Shown piece by piece: positions 1-13,364 of a DNA stretch of 64,000 bases. The stretch lies in assembly GCF_009914755.1 (NCBI RefSeq), contig NC_060925.1; one strand, 5' to 3'. Both the position numbers and the translations under genes were made by a program. Every line of letters begins with the position of its first letter. The stretch's first letter is position 1. The notes below the pieces were generated by a model, which saw only the letters and a program-made list of their open reading frames with translations, was not told where the DNA came from and searched no databases. Source of the DNA: the human T2T-CHM13v2.0 reference genome, Homo sapiens.

Positions 1-824
1 GGCTGACAGGGAGCTCAGTGTGAGCCCACGGAGCTGCATGTGTCTCTCACATCACATGTCCCTGGGTTGCTCTCCCCATTCCCAGCCATCCCATTCCCAG
101 CCAAGGCTCTTCCTGTAGGATGGAGGGGCTCCAAACCTGGCTAGCTTAATAACAACAGCAACAACAATGATAGGAACAGCCACCCGTTCCCAAGTGCATC
201 CTGCTCACAATCTCTCTCCCTGCAAATTTGCACGGTGAATATTATTGATACCATTTTACACAAGAGAAAACTGAAACTCAGAAAAGCTAAGGAATAGAGA
301 GCTAGTAAGTGGCAGAGCTGAGAATTTACACCTCATCCTCACTCCAAAGCTCAAACACTTCCATGCCCATCCTGGTGTTTTTCAGACCATGTAAATAGTG
401 CTATGGAGTCTAGAAAAAGGTAGGTGAGAGTCCTGTTCAACTGGGAGGCCCAAATCCTTGTGCCATCTGAGAATCAGACCTCAAGAGAGTCATGAATAAG
501 CTAAACCTTGCCTAAAGGCAGGGTCTCCAGCCTGAGAAGAGCATGGGTGAGATCACATTGTTTAATTAATTCACAAAGTACCTATTAGTATCCTGTTAAG
601 TATTAAGCCACCTTCGAAGCCTCCCCATGGAGTAGCCTCTAATGATGCTGTGGTCTCTCCTTCCCCTGGTGGGCTGGGGCTTCTTGGGGGCACTGTCGCT
701 GCTGCTCCTTCTCTAAACACTTTCCCAGAATGCCCAGAGCCCTGTTCAGAGGTGCACATCAGAATCATTGGCTGGTAGGAAGAGATGACATCAATCTCTA
801 GAAGGTCGTACTGTTTCATCAACT

Positions 825-1010
825 TTTATTTTTTTGAGACAGGGTCTCACTTTGTCACCCAGGCTGGAGTGCAGTGGCATGATCTCGGCTCACTGCAGCC
901 TCAGCCTCCCAGTTTCAAGTGATCCCCCAAGTAGCTGGGACTATAGGTGCGAGCCACCACGCCCAGCTAATTTTTTTGTAGAGATGGGGTTTCACCATGT
1001 TGCCCAGGCT
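825..1010 (-). mobile_element. Alu fragment (AluJ-like, internally deleted)
   Basis: polyT followed by gagacagggtctcactttgtcacccaggctggagtgcagtgg. Confidence 0.9.
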
Positions 1011-1639
1011 CTTGGCTCATAAACTTTAAATTCAGATGAAAGGATGTTGGCTCCTGAGGTCATTAGCATAGGTGGTATCTTCTGAAGAATCAGTGGAGAA
1101 ACTGAGGGACAGAGCGTCTACCAGTGTGCAAATAGAATGAGTGCCTCATAGAGCCAGCTGTCATAGAAAGAAATTGACACTCAGAAATAGGAAGTCTCTT
1201 GCCCAAAGTCACACAGCATGTTTGTGACAGAGCCAGGAGTGACCTGGGTTCCTACCAGTTAGCCTGCTCCTCCTCCCTCTCTACCCCATGAGGAGGCTGG
1301 GGCTGGGAATAGGCTGGGCTGGGGCAGCAGGACAGTCATCCCTAGCAGGGCTGTGTCTTCTCTGCCCCTGTCTCTGCCCTGTGTTTGTAAACTGAGCTGT
1401 TTCAGCATGCCTGGCACCATGTAAGGCACTTAATCACTATCCCATCTCATCCAAAGAGGATGGTCCTCGGTTTACAGAGGAACAAATTGAGGCCTGGAGA
1501 GGGCATCTGATGCCCAGGGTCTCGCAGCTGGCAGGTAGGAGACCTTCCCCCATCTAGGACTTTCTGAAGGCTAACGATCGAACCACTTCTCTTGCCCACT
1601 GGCTCTTCATGGTGCTGCCCAGCTCCCGATAGTCCACCC

Positions 1640-1780
1640 CATTCTTATCTGTTTATTGCCTTTCCCATGTAAGCTCTGGAAAAGCAGAGGTTTCTGAACA
1701 TCTTGTCCACTTCAGCATCCCCAGGACCTAGCAAATGGCAGGGGCCCAATAAATATACTTAAATTAATGAATGAATCTCT
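1640..1780 (+). mobile_element. L2 3' end fragment
   Basis: tgtaagctc…aataaatatacttaaattaatgaatgaat, typical of an L2 terminus. Confidence 0.6.
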
Positions 1781-2735
1781 TGGGTTCCTTCCACGTTCAA
1801 TTCCATGACCAAGAGGATCTGACATCCCAACCCAAGCTCCAGGCTGTGACAGGCCCTGACCCTGCTCTCTGCTCCCAACCTCATCCTGCCAGGCAAGCTG
1901 GCACCCGACCTTCTCCCATTAGAGCTCCAGCCACCAAGCTCCCCTGGTGACCTGCCATGCCCTACCCTGTGTCATGTCCCCCCTCCTCCCCTGAGCTCTT
2001 CTAAACCCTGCCCTCCTGACCTAGGGGGTGGCACAGGCTCCCACCACCTTGATCCGTGTCTGGCTTCTTCTGCCCTTGACCCTGACTTGGGCCCTGACCA
2101 AACTTTGACCTATCCTCTGTAATCCTGCAAGAGGCAGTGTGGAGAAACAAGGGGCTCTCCCCAATCCAGGACTTTCTGAAGGCTTACGATTGGTAGCTTC
2201 TCAAGGCCAGGCCCAGCCAGACTCCAAAACTCAGGCCTGGGTGCCCATTGGGGCCCTTTGCAGACTTGACCATCCCCAAAAGACTCAACGACAGGTTCAG
2301 GGCCATCTGAGACTCAAGGCCTCCTGGCTTCTGAGCCAACAGGACCCTCCTGGCTGGGGTCAGGCATCAGGGGCCTCAAGGACTGCAGCAGAAGGCAGGG
2401 CTGTTCCAGAGCTTCTCCACCTGTTGGGCCCATTCCCATCAGGGCCAGGGAGCCTGATTGAGACCCTCACAAATTCAGACCTTTAGGACTGGAAGGACCT
2501 TGAGCAAGCCTTCTCTCCAGGCCCCCAGGGTACAGATGGACACACTGAGGAGGGAGCACTGGCTTTGATGTCCTGAGTGGAGGAGTCTTCAAGGGGAGAG
2601 GAATCTCCCCGCAGGCCTGGTTCCAAGGGAGATGCACAGGGGCACACAGGGGACCCCTCTAGTGTTTCAGCCCTGCTCCCCCAGTCTAGATGGGGTTGGA
2701 TCGTCCCTAGGTTTGCTTTGTCCCTGAGTCCTCAC

Positions 2736-2886
2736 AGATGCAGTTACTGGGGTCCCTGTTGGTGGAGATGAGGAAGGGCAGGCAGTGGTTGGGTGGCAGG
2801 ATATCCATGCTGTGGCTCTTGTCACGGTTCCAGGACAGCAGGGCAATGCTCCTCCGTGTCCAGTGCCAGGTGACCAAGTTCAGTGC
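2736..2886 (-). pseudogene. PTPRU: PTPRU-like first exon of phosphatase domain D2, with indels
   Basis: ALNLVT…[38 protein letters not shown], versus recalled TLNSVT…[50 protein letters not shown] donor; acceptor reads TGG; the YINAA motif is truncated. Confidence 0.88.
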
Positions 2887-3504
2887 CCACGAGAAATGAG
2901 GCTGGTGAGCCTCTAAAAGCCTCATGAGGGAGGCCTGGCTGGGGCTCTTAGCTTTGTTTTATGGATGGAGAAATCAAGGGCTAGAAAGAGAGGCCCTGGT
3001 CAAGGTGACACTGCAAAAGAGCAACCAACATAGGCATTAACTCACTCTGTCCAACTCTACCCCACCCGCCTGATTCCTGACCCCCCACCACTCCTCACTC
3101 TCCCCAAATCACAGTCTCTGGGACCCTAGAGATTATCTTGTCTGATGACCCCTTCACAACTGGGTGGAGTTCAATGCCTTCTCCCTGTGCAAAGTTGCAT
3201 AGCCTGGACAGAGCTCAGGACAGAGCTCCTGACTCAACTGTGTAAACTTAGGTGTGTTACTGTATCTCTCAGCCCCAGTTTTCCCTATACAATGGGATAA
3301 TGATATGTCTATGTGTATACGGTTATTGTGAGGAAAGATGCCACTATGTTTATTTTATAGGTATGAAAACTGAGGCTTGGGGAAATCGTGTGAATTGCTG
3401 AAGGCCTCCCAAGGCAAACCAGGGAGTGGTCCATGGTATATCTGACTTCAAAGCCTATACTTTTAACTGCTTTGTGGTGCCACCTTCTTTACTGTCTGGA
3501 AGTC

Positions 3505-3878
3505 TGATATGGTTAGGCTTTGTGTCTCCTTCCAAACCTCATCTTGAATTGTAATCCCCATAATCCCCAGGTATTGAGGGAGGAACTTGGTGGGAGGTGA
3601 TTGGATCATGGGGGCGGTTTCCCTCATGCTGTTCTCATGATAGGGAGTTCTCAAGAGAGCTTATGGTTTTGTAAGTGTTTGACAAGTTCCTCCTTCGCTC
3701 ATGCTTCTCTCTCCTGCCACCATGTTTAGAAGGTCCTTGCTTCCCTTTCTGTCATGACTGTAAATTCCCTGAGGCCTTCCCAGCCATGTGGAACTGTGAG
3801 TCAGTTAAACTTCTTTCCTTTATAAATTACCTAGTCTTGGGCAGTATCTTTATAGCAGTGTGAGAACAGACTAATTCA
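3505..3878 (+). mobile_element. MaLR solo LTR (THE1/MSTA-like)
   Basis: Begins tgatatggttaggctttgtgtc and ends ctttatagcagtgtgagaacagactaattca. Confidence 0.9.
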
Positions 3879-3994
3879 AATCCTTCCTATTACCATAACT
3901 TGATCCCTCCAGCTGTGATCTCAGATAGGGTCTTCCTGTGTGGCACACAAGCGTGCCCATAGCACCTTTCAGAGCACTGAGAATTCCCCTAATG

Positions 3995-4216
3995 CACACA
4001 TATACACACACAACACATACACAGAGAACACATGCCTCCTCCACACACATGCACACATGCACCATGCACACACCCTCTCACAGACACATACATACGCACA
4101 CTCACATGATACACACATGTACATATGCATGTATACATGCAAATGTGACCCTCACACAGGCACACACATGCATGACACAAACGCACAAACACAGATGCCT
4201 GCACACACACACACAC
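3995..4216. repeat. Degenerate (CA)n/(CACATG) low-complexity repeat
   Basis: Visible CA-rich tract. Confidence 0.9.
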
Positions 4217-4286
4217 GCCCTGCTGTGCTCCTTCTGAGTGCCTCCGACCCACTCCACTGGGCCCCAGGCCCTTCCCCAAGACTCAC

Positions 4287-4345
4287 AGGCGGGCATAGGT
4301 TCCTGAGCTTGTTTCTTTGTCAAGTATCCAGGCTCCAATGTAGCT
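4287..4345 (-). pseudogene. PTPRU: PTPRU-like pre-D1 exon, frameshifted (59 nt)
   Basis: ttccttgcag acceptor and GTGAGT donor. Starts SYIGAW (cf. SFFEGW) and ends QEPMPA in a different frame. Confidence 0.8.
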
Positions 4346-4821
4346 CTGCAAGGAAGAAAAGTGATGGTCAACTTCTTGGCAGGAATAAAATGGGCAGGCT
4401 GGGGGCTTAGCCACAGTGAAGGCTGGGGTAGGGACCATTGTTCAAAACCAAGATGTGGGTAGAGGAAACTGATGGAAGAAGGTCAAAATTCAGAGAAAGT
4501 ACAGAAGGAGGATCAGGTGATGATAACGGTCAAAATTCAGATAAATGTTAGGATAAGGTTCAAGGTCAAAATCCAGAAGGTAAGGTCAGGGTCAGTTAAG
4601 GATTAGAACAAGGGTTTATATTCTTAATGGAGACTGGAATGAGATTCAGGGTCAGAGTTGTGGTCAGTGTGGGATTAGATTGAGGGTCAGGGTCAAGGTA
4701 AAAAATGAATTAGGTTGATGATCAGAGTCAGGTTAAGGTCAGACCAGGGTCAGCGTCCACAGAAAGGAGGAGCCAGACGAGGCTTGTGCAGGGGTCCTGC
4801 TGGCCCGGGGCCAGCGTGCAC

Positions 4822-5012
4822 CTCGTACTCCTGCTTGAAGCCGTAACCCTCGGCCGTCTTCATCTGGTTGATGTGCTGCAGAAGGTCTGCCACACGCACT
4901 GCAGGGTGCAGCTGCCCCATGTGGTGCGGGGAGCCCTTCTGGCCACAGGGATGCTTCAGGGAGTCCCTCAGGAGGCTGCTGGCCTCAGTGACCCCACCGC
5001 TGCGCTGGTCTC
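4822..5012 (-). pseudogene. PTPRU: PTPRU-like 191-nt juxtamembrane/wedge exon
   Basis: Encodes [14 protein letters not shown]…[32 protein letters not shown]. Donor is GTGCAC; acceptor reads CGG rather than CAG. Confidence 0.93.
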
Positions 5013-5937
5013 CCGCAGTCAGAGAAAGACAAAGGGGTTCCTGACACACATGCCCCAGCTTGGGGAGCCCGAGAGACTGAGGCGCTGTGGGGGTGGGGAG
5101 GCACAGCTAATGCCAAGGACAGCTGGGTTGTTGGCTGGAGCCAAGCAGCCTAGCCAGGCCCACCCTGTGTGGCCCTGGGCATGTCCCCTCCCTCCGAATC
5201 TTGGTTCCACCTGTAGAATGAGCCGGTCAGATCAGGTGGCCTCCGAGGGCCCTTGCGGCCCTGCTGGGCTATGATTCCATTTTCCCCTCACTCCACCCCG
5301 CGAGGCTTCACTGCACTACCTGCAGAAGGCAGCACTCCGCAGAGCCCATGACAGCCATTTCTTCTTCCCCCTCTTCCAGTGAACAACCTGGAACACTGGC
5401 AGCTCCCAGCAATTACCCCCATTCAAAGACAAGCAAATCAGAAATAAGCAGCTGCTGCCAACCCCTCTGCAGGTTAACGCGAGGCACCTGAATGGGAGCC
5501 TTTCTCCTGCACAGGCAGTTCCACTGTCAGCCCGTGTGGGGCCGTAACCACTGGCGGAGTCAGTCAAGAGGTGCAGAGTGGCCCCCACACCTGGGGAAAC
5601 CACCCTCTCCCCAGCCCCCAGGACCACACTCTCCCCGGCTGTTCTGCTCAGCATTCTCAAGGACGTCCCACTCTGGTCCTGGAGATCAGGTCCTGGGACT
5701 GAAAGAACAGCCACACCTGCCTTGGGACATGCATGTGGGCAGTCATGTGACTCGCCTTGTTCTGTTTTTCTTCTCAAGGATCGCAGTCCTGAGTCTCTGG
5801 TTGCCCAATATCTGAAAACAGTCTTTCCATATATTCTATCTTGTTTTCCGGTTGCTCCTGGTGGGAGGGAAGTCCGCCACTGCTCTATCATGGCCAGAAG
5901 CTCCAGCAGAGGCTGGGAAAGTTGTGACTTAGCAATG

Positions 5938-6230
5938 CAGTGTTTCCCAAAGCGTGTTCCAGAGAACACTAGCTGAAAAAGATGACAAAGTGGTTCATTT
6001 ACAAGTAAACAAGAAAAACAAATGTTCATTTTTAAGAATGAATTTGAAAAATTTTGGTTTAAACAAGATTAAACAGGTCTGATCGCTGCAGAACATCTCA
6101 GGCCTTCCAACACACTAATGCCTATGGTGAACATCCATGAAGAGAATGAAAAGGACGACGTTCCCCAAATTTCTTTCATCATGGAGATCATTTTTTGTTT
6201 GTTTCACAAAACATCTTTAGGGAAAGAGTA
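5938..6230. mobile_element. hAT-Charlie-like DNA transposon remnant
   Basis: Starts cagtgtttcccaaagcgtgttcc, a Charlie/MER-type terminal sequence. Confidence 0.5.
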
Positions 6231-6275
6231 TGACATGGTGCTTAAGAGCAAGCGCTCTGGATGAAGACATGTTTG

Positions 6276-6454
6276 GGCTGGGCGTGGTGGCACATGCCTG
6301 TAGTTCCAGCTACTTGGGAGGCTGAGATGGGAGGATGACTTGAGCCCAGGAGCTGGAGGCTACAGTGAGCTAGGATTGTGCCTGTGAATGCCCACTGCAC
6401 TCCAGCCTAGGCAACATAGAGAGACCCATCTCTAAGAAAAAGAAAAAAAAAAAA
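6276..6454 (+). mobile_element. Alu monomer (FRAM/AluJ right arm) inserted in a MIR
   Basis: ggctgggcgtggtggcacatgcctgtagttccagc…polyA. MIR core (gagttcgaatcccagttctgccacttact) follows to ~6660. Confidence 0.85.
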
Positions 6455-8072
6455 AGACCTGTTTGAGTTCGAATCCCAGTTCTGCCACTTACTGGCTGTG
6501 TGTCCTTGGAAGGTTACTAGCCCTTTATAAGCCTCAGTTTTCCTAAATGCTAAGTGAGGATAAAGTTATTACTATCCAATAGAGGTATCGTGATTACTGA
6601 GAGCATTTACGAGATGATGCATGAAAAGTACCCAGTCCACTGTTGACACGTGGTGAATGCCCACAGATAGTAGCTGTTGTGTTGGGATTATTATTACTAG
6701 AATTGACCGTAAAGTTGGAAAGACTAATAATATTCTCTGTCATTCCGGACAGAGGAAAGCTGGAGCTGAGCAGAGTAGAGCATGATCTGTCTTTAATCTC
6801 CTTTAGTTTGAGAATTTGGCCCAGGACTTGGAAGGTGGCACTGGGAGATGATTCTGGGGAGACAGCTGCAGCCAGCGCACAAAACGTGTGCTTCTATTTC
6901 CAGACGGAAAATTTTCTCCTGCTCAAAGAACTCTTAGGAGTTCAGAAAGAGGGGATTGGGAGACAAAGAGTTTGTCATGCTCTTCATGGAAGCTGTGCAG
7001 AGAGCTCAGCAGAGAGCCCTCTAGGGGAAGGAGGAGGTGGGAGAGGGCTCCAGGAAGGGCTGGTGCCCTTGGGGGATCAGAAAGTGGCACAAGGTAAGCT
7101 CCCAGTGTCTGAGGATGAGCAAATAGTGCCACCTGGTCAGGATAATGTCAGGAGGATGGAGCCAAAGCCAGGCAGCTTCCTGGCTAAGTCCAAGGACAAT
7201 ACAAGAGGCTCTGCAAACGCAGCTGGCAGTGTAGGACAAGTGACACTGCTGCCCTTGGCCCCGGGTGCCCTGAGCCTGGGAGTATGGCCTTTCTCTGATC
7301 ACACAGCAAGAAAGAGGTGGCCTCAGGATTCATGCCAAGCCCCGCCTGACACTGGGACCCCGTTCTCCCCCAGGCTCCCGTGTTTCCCCTGATAAAGGAG
7401 TATTTGCGTTGATGAAAGAAACCGGCACTTATTTGGCAAACCACTTGGATGGAATTCACTGGCACCCGCCAGGGTCAAGAGCTCAGGATGGATGGGGCTG
7501 GGGGATCTGGGGGTTTTCCAGACTGTGCTTTGGAGCCAGTGGGGACTGAATTCAAATAGCTTGTGAAATTCCCAGCAAGCTCCTCACACCAGCCTGCCAC
7601 TGTTTGCCTGACATGACAATTTGATTTCTTTTAAAATAAGTACACTGTTTATTTATGATAGGTTTATATTTATAGAAAAGTTGCAAAGATAGTACAGAGT
7701 CAGTCCCCATATTCCCCCAAACCCGGTTTCCTCTATTATCCTCTTACCCAAGTGTGGTAAATTTGTCACAAATAATGAACCAGTAGGGATACCTTATGGA
7801 TACTTTATTGTTAACTAAAGTCTGCACTTGATTCAGATTTCCTTAGTTGTAGCCTAATATTTCTTTTCTGTTCTAAAATCCCATGGAAGATATCACATTT
7901 ACACTGAATCGTCTTGTCTCCTCTTGGCTGTGTCAGTTTCTCAGACTTTCCTTATTTTATTGAACTTGACAGTTTTGAGGATTACTGGTCAGATACTTTG
8001 CATAAATATTCCTCAGTTGGGATTTTAAAAAATTGAGATATACTTCACACACTGTAAAAGTCACCATGTTAA

Positions 8073-8456
<384 letters not shown>

Positions 8457-8664
8457 TAATTCCCAGAACAGCTTTATCACACTGGAAAGAAATCCAGTTC
8501 TCTTTAGCAGTCACTCCCCTTTCCCTCCCCCAGCTCCCCTAGACCCTGGCAACCATGAGTCTACTTTCTATTTCTGTGGATTTGCTTATCCTGGACGTTC
8601 ATATGAAAAGGATCATACAATACATGGCCTTTGTGACTGGCTTCTTTCACTTAATGTAATGCTG

Positions 8665-8884
8665 AGTGAATTGTTGATTGGAGCAGGATCAAGGTCAAAA
8701 GTGAATTAGGTTGATGATCAGAGTCAGGTTAAGGTCAGACCAGGGTCAGAGTCCGCAGAAAGGAGGAGCCAGGTAAGACCCCTGCAGGGGTCCTGCTGGA
8801 CTGGAGCCAATGTGCACCTCATACGCCTGCTTGAAGCTGTAGTCCTCGAGTCTTCAGCTGTCTTCATCTGGCTGATGTACTGCA
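8665..8884 (-). repeat. Diverged local copy of ~4665-4880 (intron plus 3' end of the 191-nt exon), embedded in L1
   Basis: Shared strings include tgaattaggttgatgatcagagtcaggttaaggtcagaccagggtcag, gtgcacctc, cctgcttgaagc and gtcttcatctgg. Confidence 0.93.
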
Positions 8885-8917
8885 TGTATCCTTATTTCAT
8901 TCATTTTTTTTTTTTTA

Positions 8918-9554
<637 letters not shown>

Positions 9555-9869
9555 TCAGTAGTGTTAAGTGCATTCACATTGTTTTACAGCCAGTTTCCAG
9601 AACATTCTCATCTTGCAAAACTGAAACTCTATACCTATTAAATAACTCCCCATTTCCCCCTCCCTCCAGCCCCTGGCAACCACCATTCTACTTTCTGCTT
9701 CCATGAATTTGGCTACTCTAGATACTTCATATAAGTGGAATCATATAGTATTTGTCTTTTTGTGACTGGTTTATTTCATTTAGCATAATGTCCTCAGGGT
9801 TCCTTCATGTTGTAGCATGTCTCAGAATTTCCTTCATTTTTAAGGCTGAATAATATTCTATCATGTGTT

Positions 9870-10266
9870 AATATGGTTTGGCTCTGTGTCCCCACCCAAA
9901 TCTCATGTTGAATTATAATTCCCAATGTTGGAGGTGGGGCCTGACGGGAGGTGATTGGATCATGGGGTAGTTTCTAACCGTTTAGCGCTATCCCCCTCGT
10001 GCTGTCTCGTGATTGAGTTCTCATGAGATCTGGTTGCTTAAAAGTGTGTAGCATCTTCCCCTTCACTCTCTTTCTTCCTCCTGCTCCAGCCATGTAGAAT
10101 GTGCTGGCTTCCCCTTCGCCTTCTGCCATGATTGTAAGTTTCCTGAGGTTTCCCCAACCATGCTTTCTGTACAGCCTGTGGAACTGTGGGCCAATCAAAC
10201 CTCTTTTCTTTATAATTACCCAGTCTCAAGTAGTTGTTTATAGCAATGTGAGAAAAGGCTAATACC
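9870..10266 (+). mobile_element. MSTA-like MaLR solo LTR inside L1
   Basis: atatggtttggctctgtgtccccacccaaatctc…tttatagcaatgtgagaaaaggctaatac. Confidence 0.9.
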
Positions 10267-12344
10267 TGTACGTATACCACATTTTGTTTATTCATTTACC
10301 TGTTGATGATCACTTGGGTTGCTTCCACCTCTTGGCTATTGTGAATAATGCTGGTATGAATATGGATGTACAAATATCTCTTTGAGACCCTGCCTTCAAT
10401 TCTTTCAGATATATACCTATACATGGAATTCCTGGATCATATGGCAGTTCTATTTTTAATTATTTGAAGAACCACCGTACTGCTTTTCATAGCAGCTGCA
10501 CTATTTTACATTCCCACCAACAGTGCATAAAGGTTCTAATTTCTCTGCAATGTAGTACTTGTCATTTTCTTAAAAAAAATTAAAAAATGATAGTAGCCAT
10601 CCTAATGGATGTGAGGTCTTCATTAATTTTTATGGGTGAATAATATTGCAATTGTATGGATATACCACATTTGGTTTATTTATTCATCACTTGGCAGACA
10701 TTTGAGCTGGTTTTTCTTTTAGACTAGTATGAATAATACTAATATGAACACTTGTGTACAAGTTTTTGTTTGAATATATGTTTTCAGTTCTCTTGGGTAT
10801 ATATGTATGAATGGAATTTCTGGGTCATGTGGTAACTCTATGTTTAACTTTTTGAGATGCTGTCAAACTTTACTAAAGTGGCTTTAATTATTTTATATTC
10901 CTATAGCAATATATAAGGATTTCCATTTATCCACATCTAATATTTGTTTTTTGTTAATATATTTGTTATTGTTTAATTATAACAATCCCAGTGGATGGGA
11001 GGTGATATTTTATTGTGGTTTTTGATTTGCATTTCCCCCGTGGCTAATGCTGAACATTTTTTCATGTGCTTATTGGCCACTTGCATATCTTCTTTGGAGA
11101 AATGTCTACACACATCCTTTGTCCATTTAAAAATCTGTCTTTTTTTGTTGTTTAGTTGTAAGAGTTCTTTATATATTCTGTGTACTAGGCCCTTGTCAGA
11201 TATATGACTTACAAATATTCTCTCCCATTCTGTGGGTTGTCCTTTCACTTTCTTGAGAGTGTCCTTTGAATCACAAAAGCTTTTAATTGTGATGGAGTCA
11301 AATTTATCTATTTTTCTTTGGTCACTTGTGTTTTACATGTCTTACCTAAGAATCCATTGCCTAATCCAATGACACAAAGATTTACATTCATGTTTTCATC
11401 TAAGAATTCTATAGTTTTAGCTCTTACCTTTAAAACTTAGATCCATTTTGAGTTAGTTTTGTAGATGGTGTGAGGTAGGGGTCTGGATTCATTCTTTTGC
11501 CTCTGTTAGAATAGTTGTCCCAGTATCACTTGTTAAGCCTCAATTGGGGTTTGTCTGATTTTTTTCTTGTAATTATACTGGGGTTATATTTTTTAGGCAG
11601 GAAGACTACAGAGTCACCATTCTTACTATGTCACATTAAGACTATGTGATATTGACAAGACTTATCACTGATGATGTTAACCTTAATCATCTGGCTAAGG
11701 TCACGTTCATCAGGTTTCTCCACCATAAGGTTACTCTTTCTCTCTCTTCTCATACTGCACACTTTAGAAGGAAGTCATTATATGCAGCCACCCTTAAGAA
11801 GGAGTTAAGCTCTACCCATGTGAGTGCTGAGCATCTAACTAAATTATTTGGAATTCTGCATGGGAGGTTTGTCTCTTCTCCCATATTAACTTATTAGATA
11901 ATTTATTTAAATCAGTATGAAGGCATGGATATTTATTTTATACTTTGGTTTATAATATGATATTACTTTATTTAGTTTTTGCTATTTTTTTCTGACTTTT
12001 GCCATTGGGAGATTTTTCAGTTGGCACCTGTATTCCTTTGACACTTTGTCATTATTGTGTGTGTATGTGTTAAGCACTTTCTACTTATTTTCTGGCACTA
12101 CAAGATACTCCAGGCCCATTTTGTACAATTTCTAACCTAATCTTAGAATCAGCCAGATTTCTCCAAGGACCCCAGATTCCTTTTATTGGAAAATTGTATT
12201 AAAATACAAATCGGGGTGTGAAGTGTGTCTGATAAGTCCATTTTTAAAAACTTTCATATTGAGGAACTGTCAAAATAACATGGCTTTCAGACTTAGGCCA
12301 GAGGAGTTGGGTCTCTACATCTTGATGAAGAAAGGGTAGAGGGG

Positions 12345-12714
12345 TGTCTTAGGTAGTTTTCTGTTGCTATAACAGAATACCACAAACTTGGTGTTTCATA
12401 AAGAAAATAAAATTATTTCTCACAGTTCTGGAGGCTGGGAAGTCCAAGGCAAGGAGCTACATCTGGTGAGGGCCTCCTTGTTTGTCTCCTCTGCAGAGTC
12501 TTGAAGTGGTGCAGGGCATCACATGGTAAGGGGACTAGATCATGCCTGCTCAGACCTCTCTTCCTCTTCTTATAAAGCCACCAGTCCCATCATAGGGATT
12601 TCACCCTGATGAGCTTATCTTATCCTAATAACCTCTCAAAGACTACATCTTAACACTGTTACAATGGGGATTAAGGGTCAACATAGTTTTGGAGGGGGCA
12701 TTCAAACCATAGCA
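12345..12714 (-). mobile_element. MaLR LTR (MLT1A/MSTD-like)
   Basis: tgtcttag…ttgctataacagaataccacaaac…ttctggaggctgggaagtccaag…cattcaaaccatagca. Confidence 0.8.
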
Positions 12715-13364
12715 AGGTGAAATTCTGGACCAGTCAGGGGTAAGAGGTGAAAGGAGATAGAAGATGCTGAGACTCCCTTCTAGTCTCTTGAACACGGCTT
12801 CCCAGCCACCCCTGCTTTGACCATGCTCTGCATGCTGAATCAGTTTCAATTGAATTATTTTTCTCTTCATTATTAGTCATATTTTTATGCTTCTTTGCAT
12901 GTCTGGTAATTTTTGATTGGATGTTAGACATTGCAAATTTTTGTGGGAAGCCATATATTTTTGTATTCCTATAAGTATTCTTGAGCTTTGTCTGGCATAT
13001 AGTTAAGTTACTTGGAAACAGTTTGATTATACTTGGTCTTGCTTTTAATATTTGTTAGGTGGAACCAGAGCAGTGCCCAAAAGAGGGCTAATTATTTCCC
13101 CACTCTTTTCATATCTTAGTATGAGTCTGTGTCTAAGTCCTCAATGATTTAAAAGCTCCTCCTGTACAAGATACCCCATGTGCCTTCTCTGTATTTCTAG
13201 TACAGTGTCAGTACCCAGAAGGGGCAGAATAGATGCTTCAATTTTGATTCATGGTGTTACAGAACTCACCCAATGTGGGGAGTGCCCCAGAGGGGCTTGA
13301 TCCTTTTGGCTTGGGTCAGGAGCCCCAGAACAATAAGGAAGGGACAGGAGGGCCGGGTACTCAC

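Noticed and set aside
5316-5350. RSAAF motif resembling the PTPRU D2 exon SYTRSAAF
   Set aside because: Only 5 residues, out of exon order, no acceptor and no further similarity; likely chance.
5316-7392. Long ORFs (237 aa minus, 249 aa plus)
   Set aside because: No recognisable domain; they cross transposon remnants and intron sequence. Chance ORFs in GC-rich DNA.
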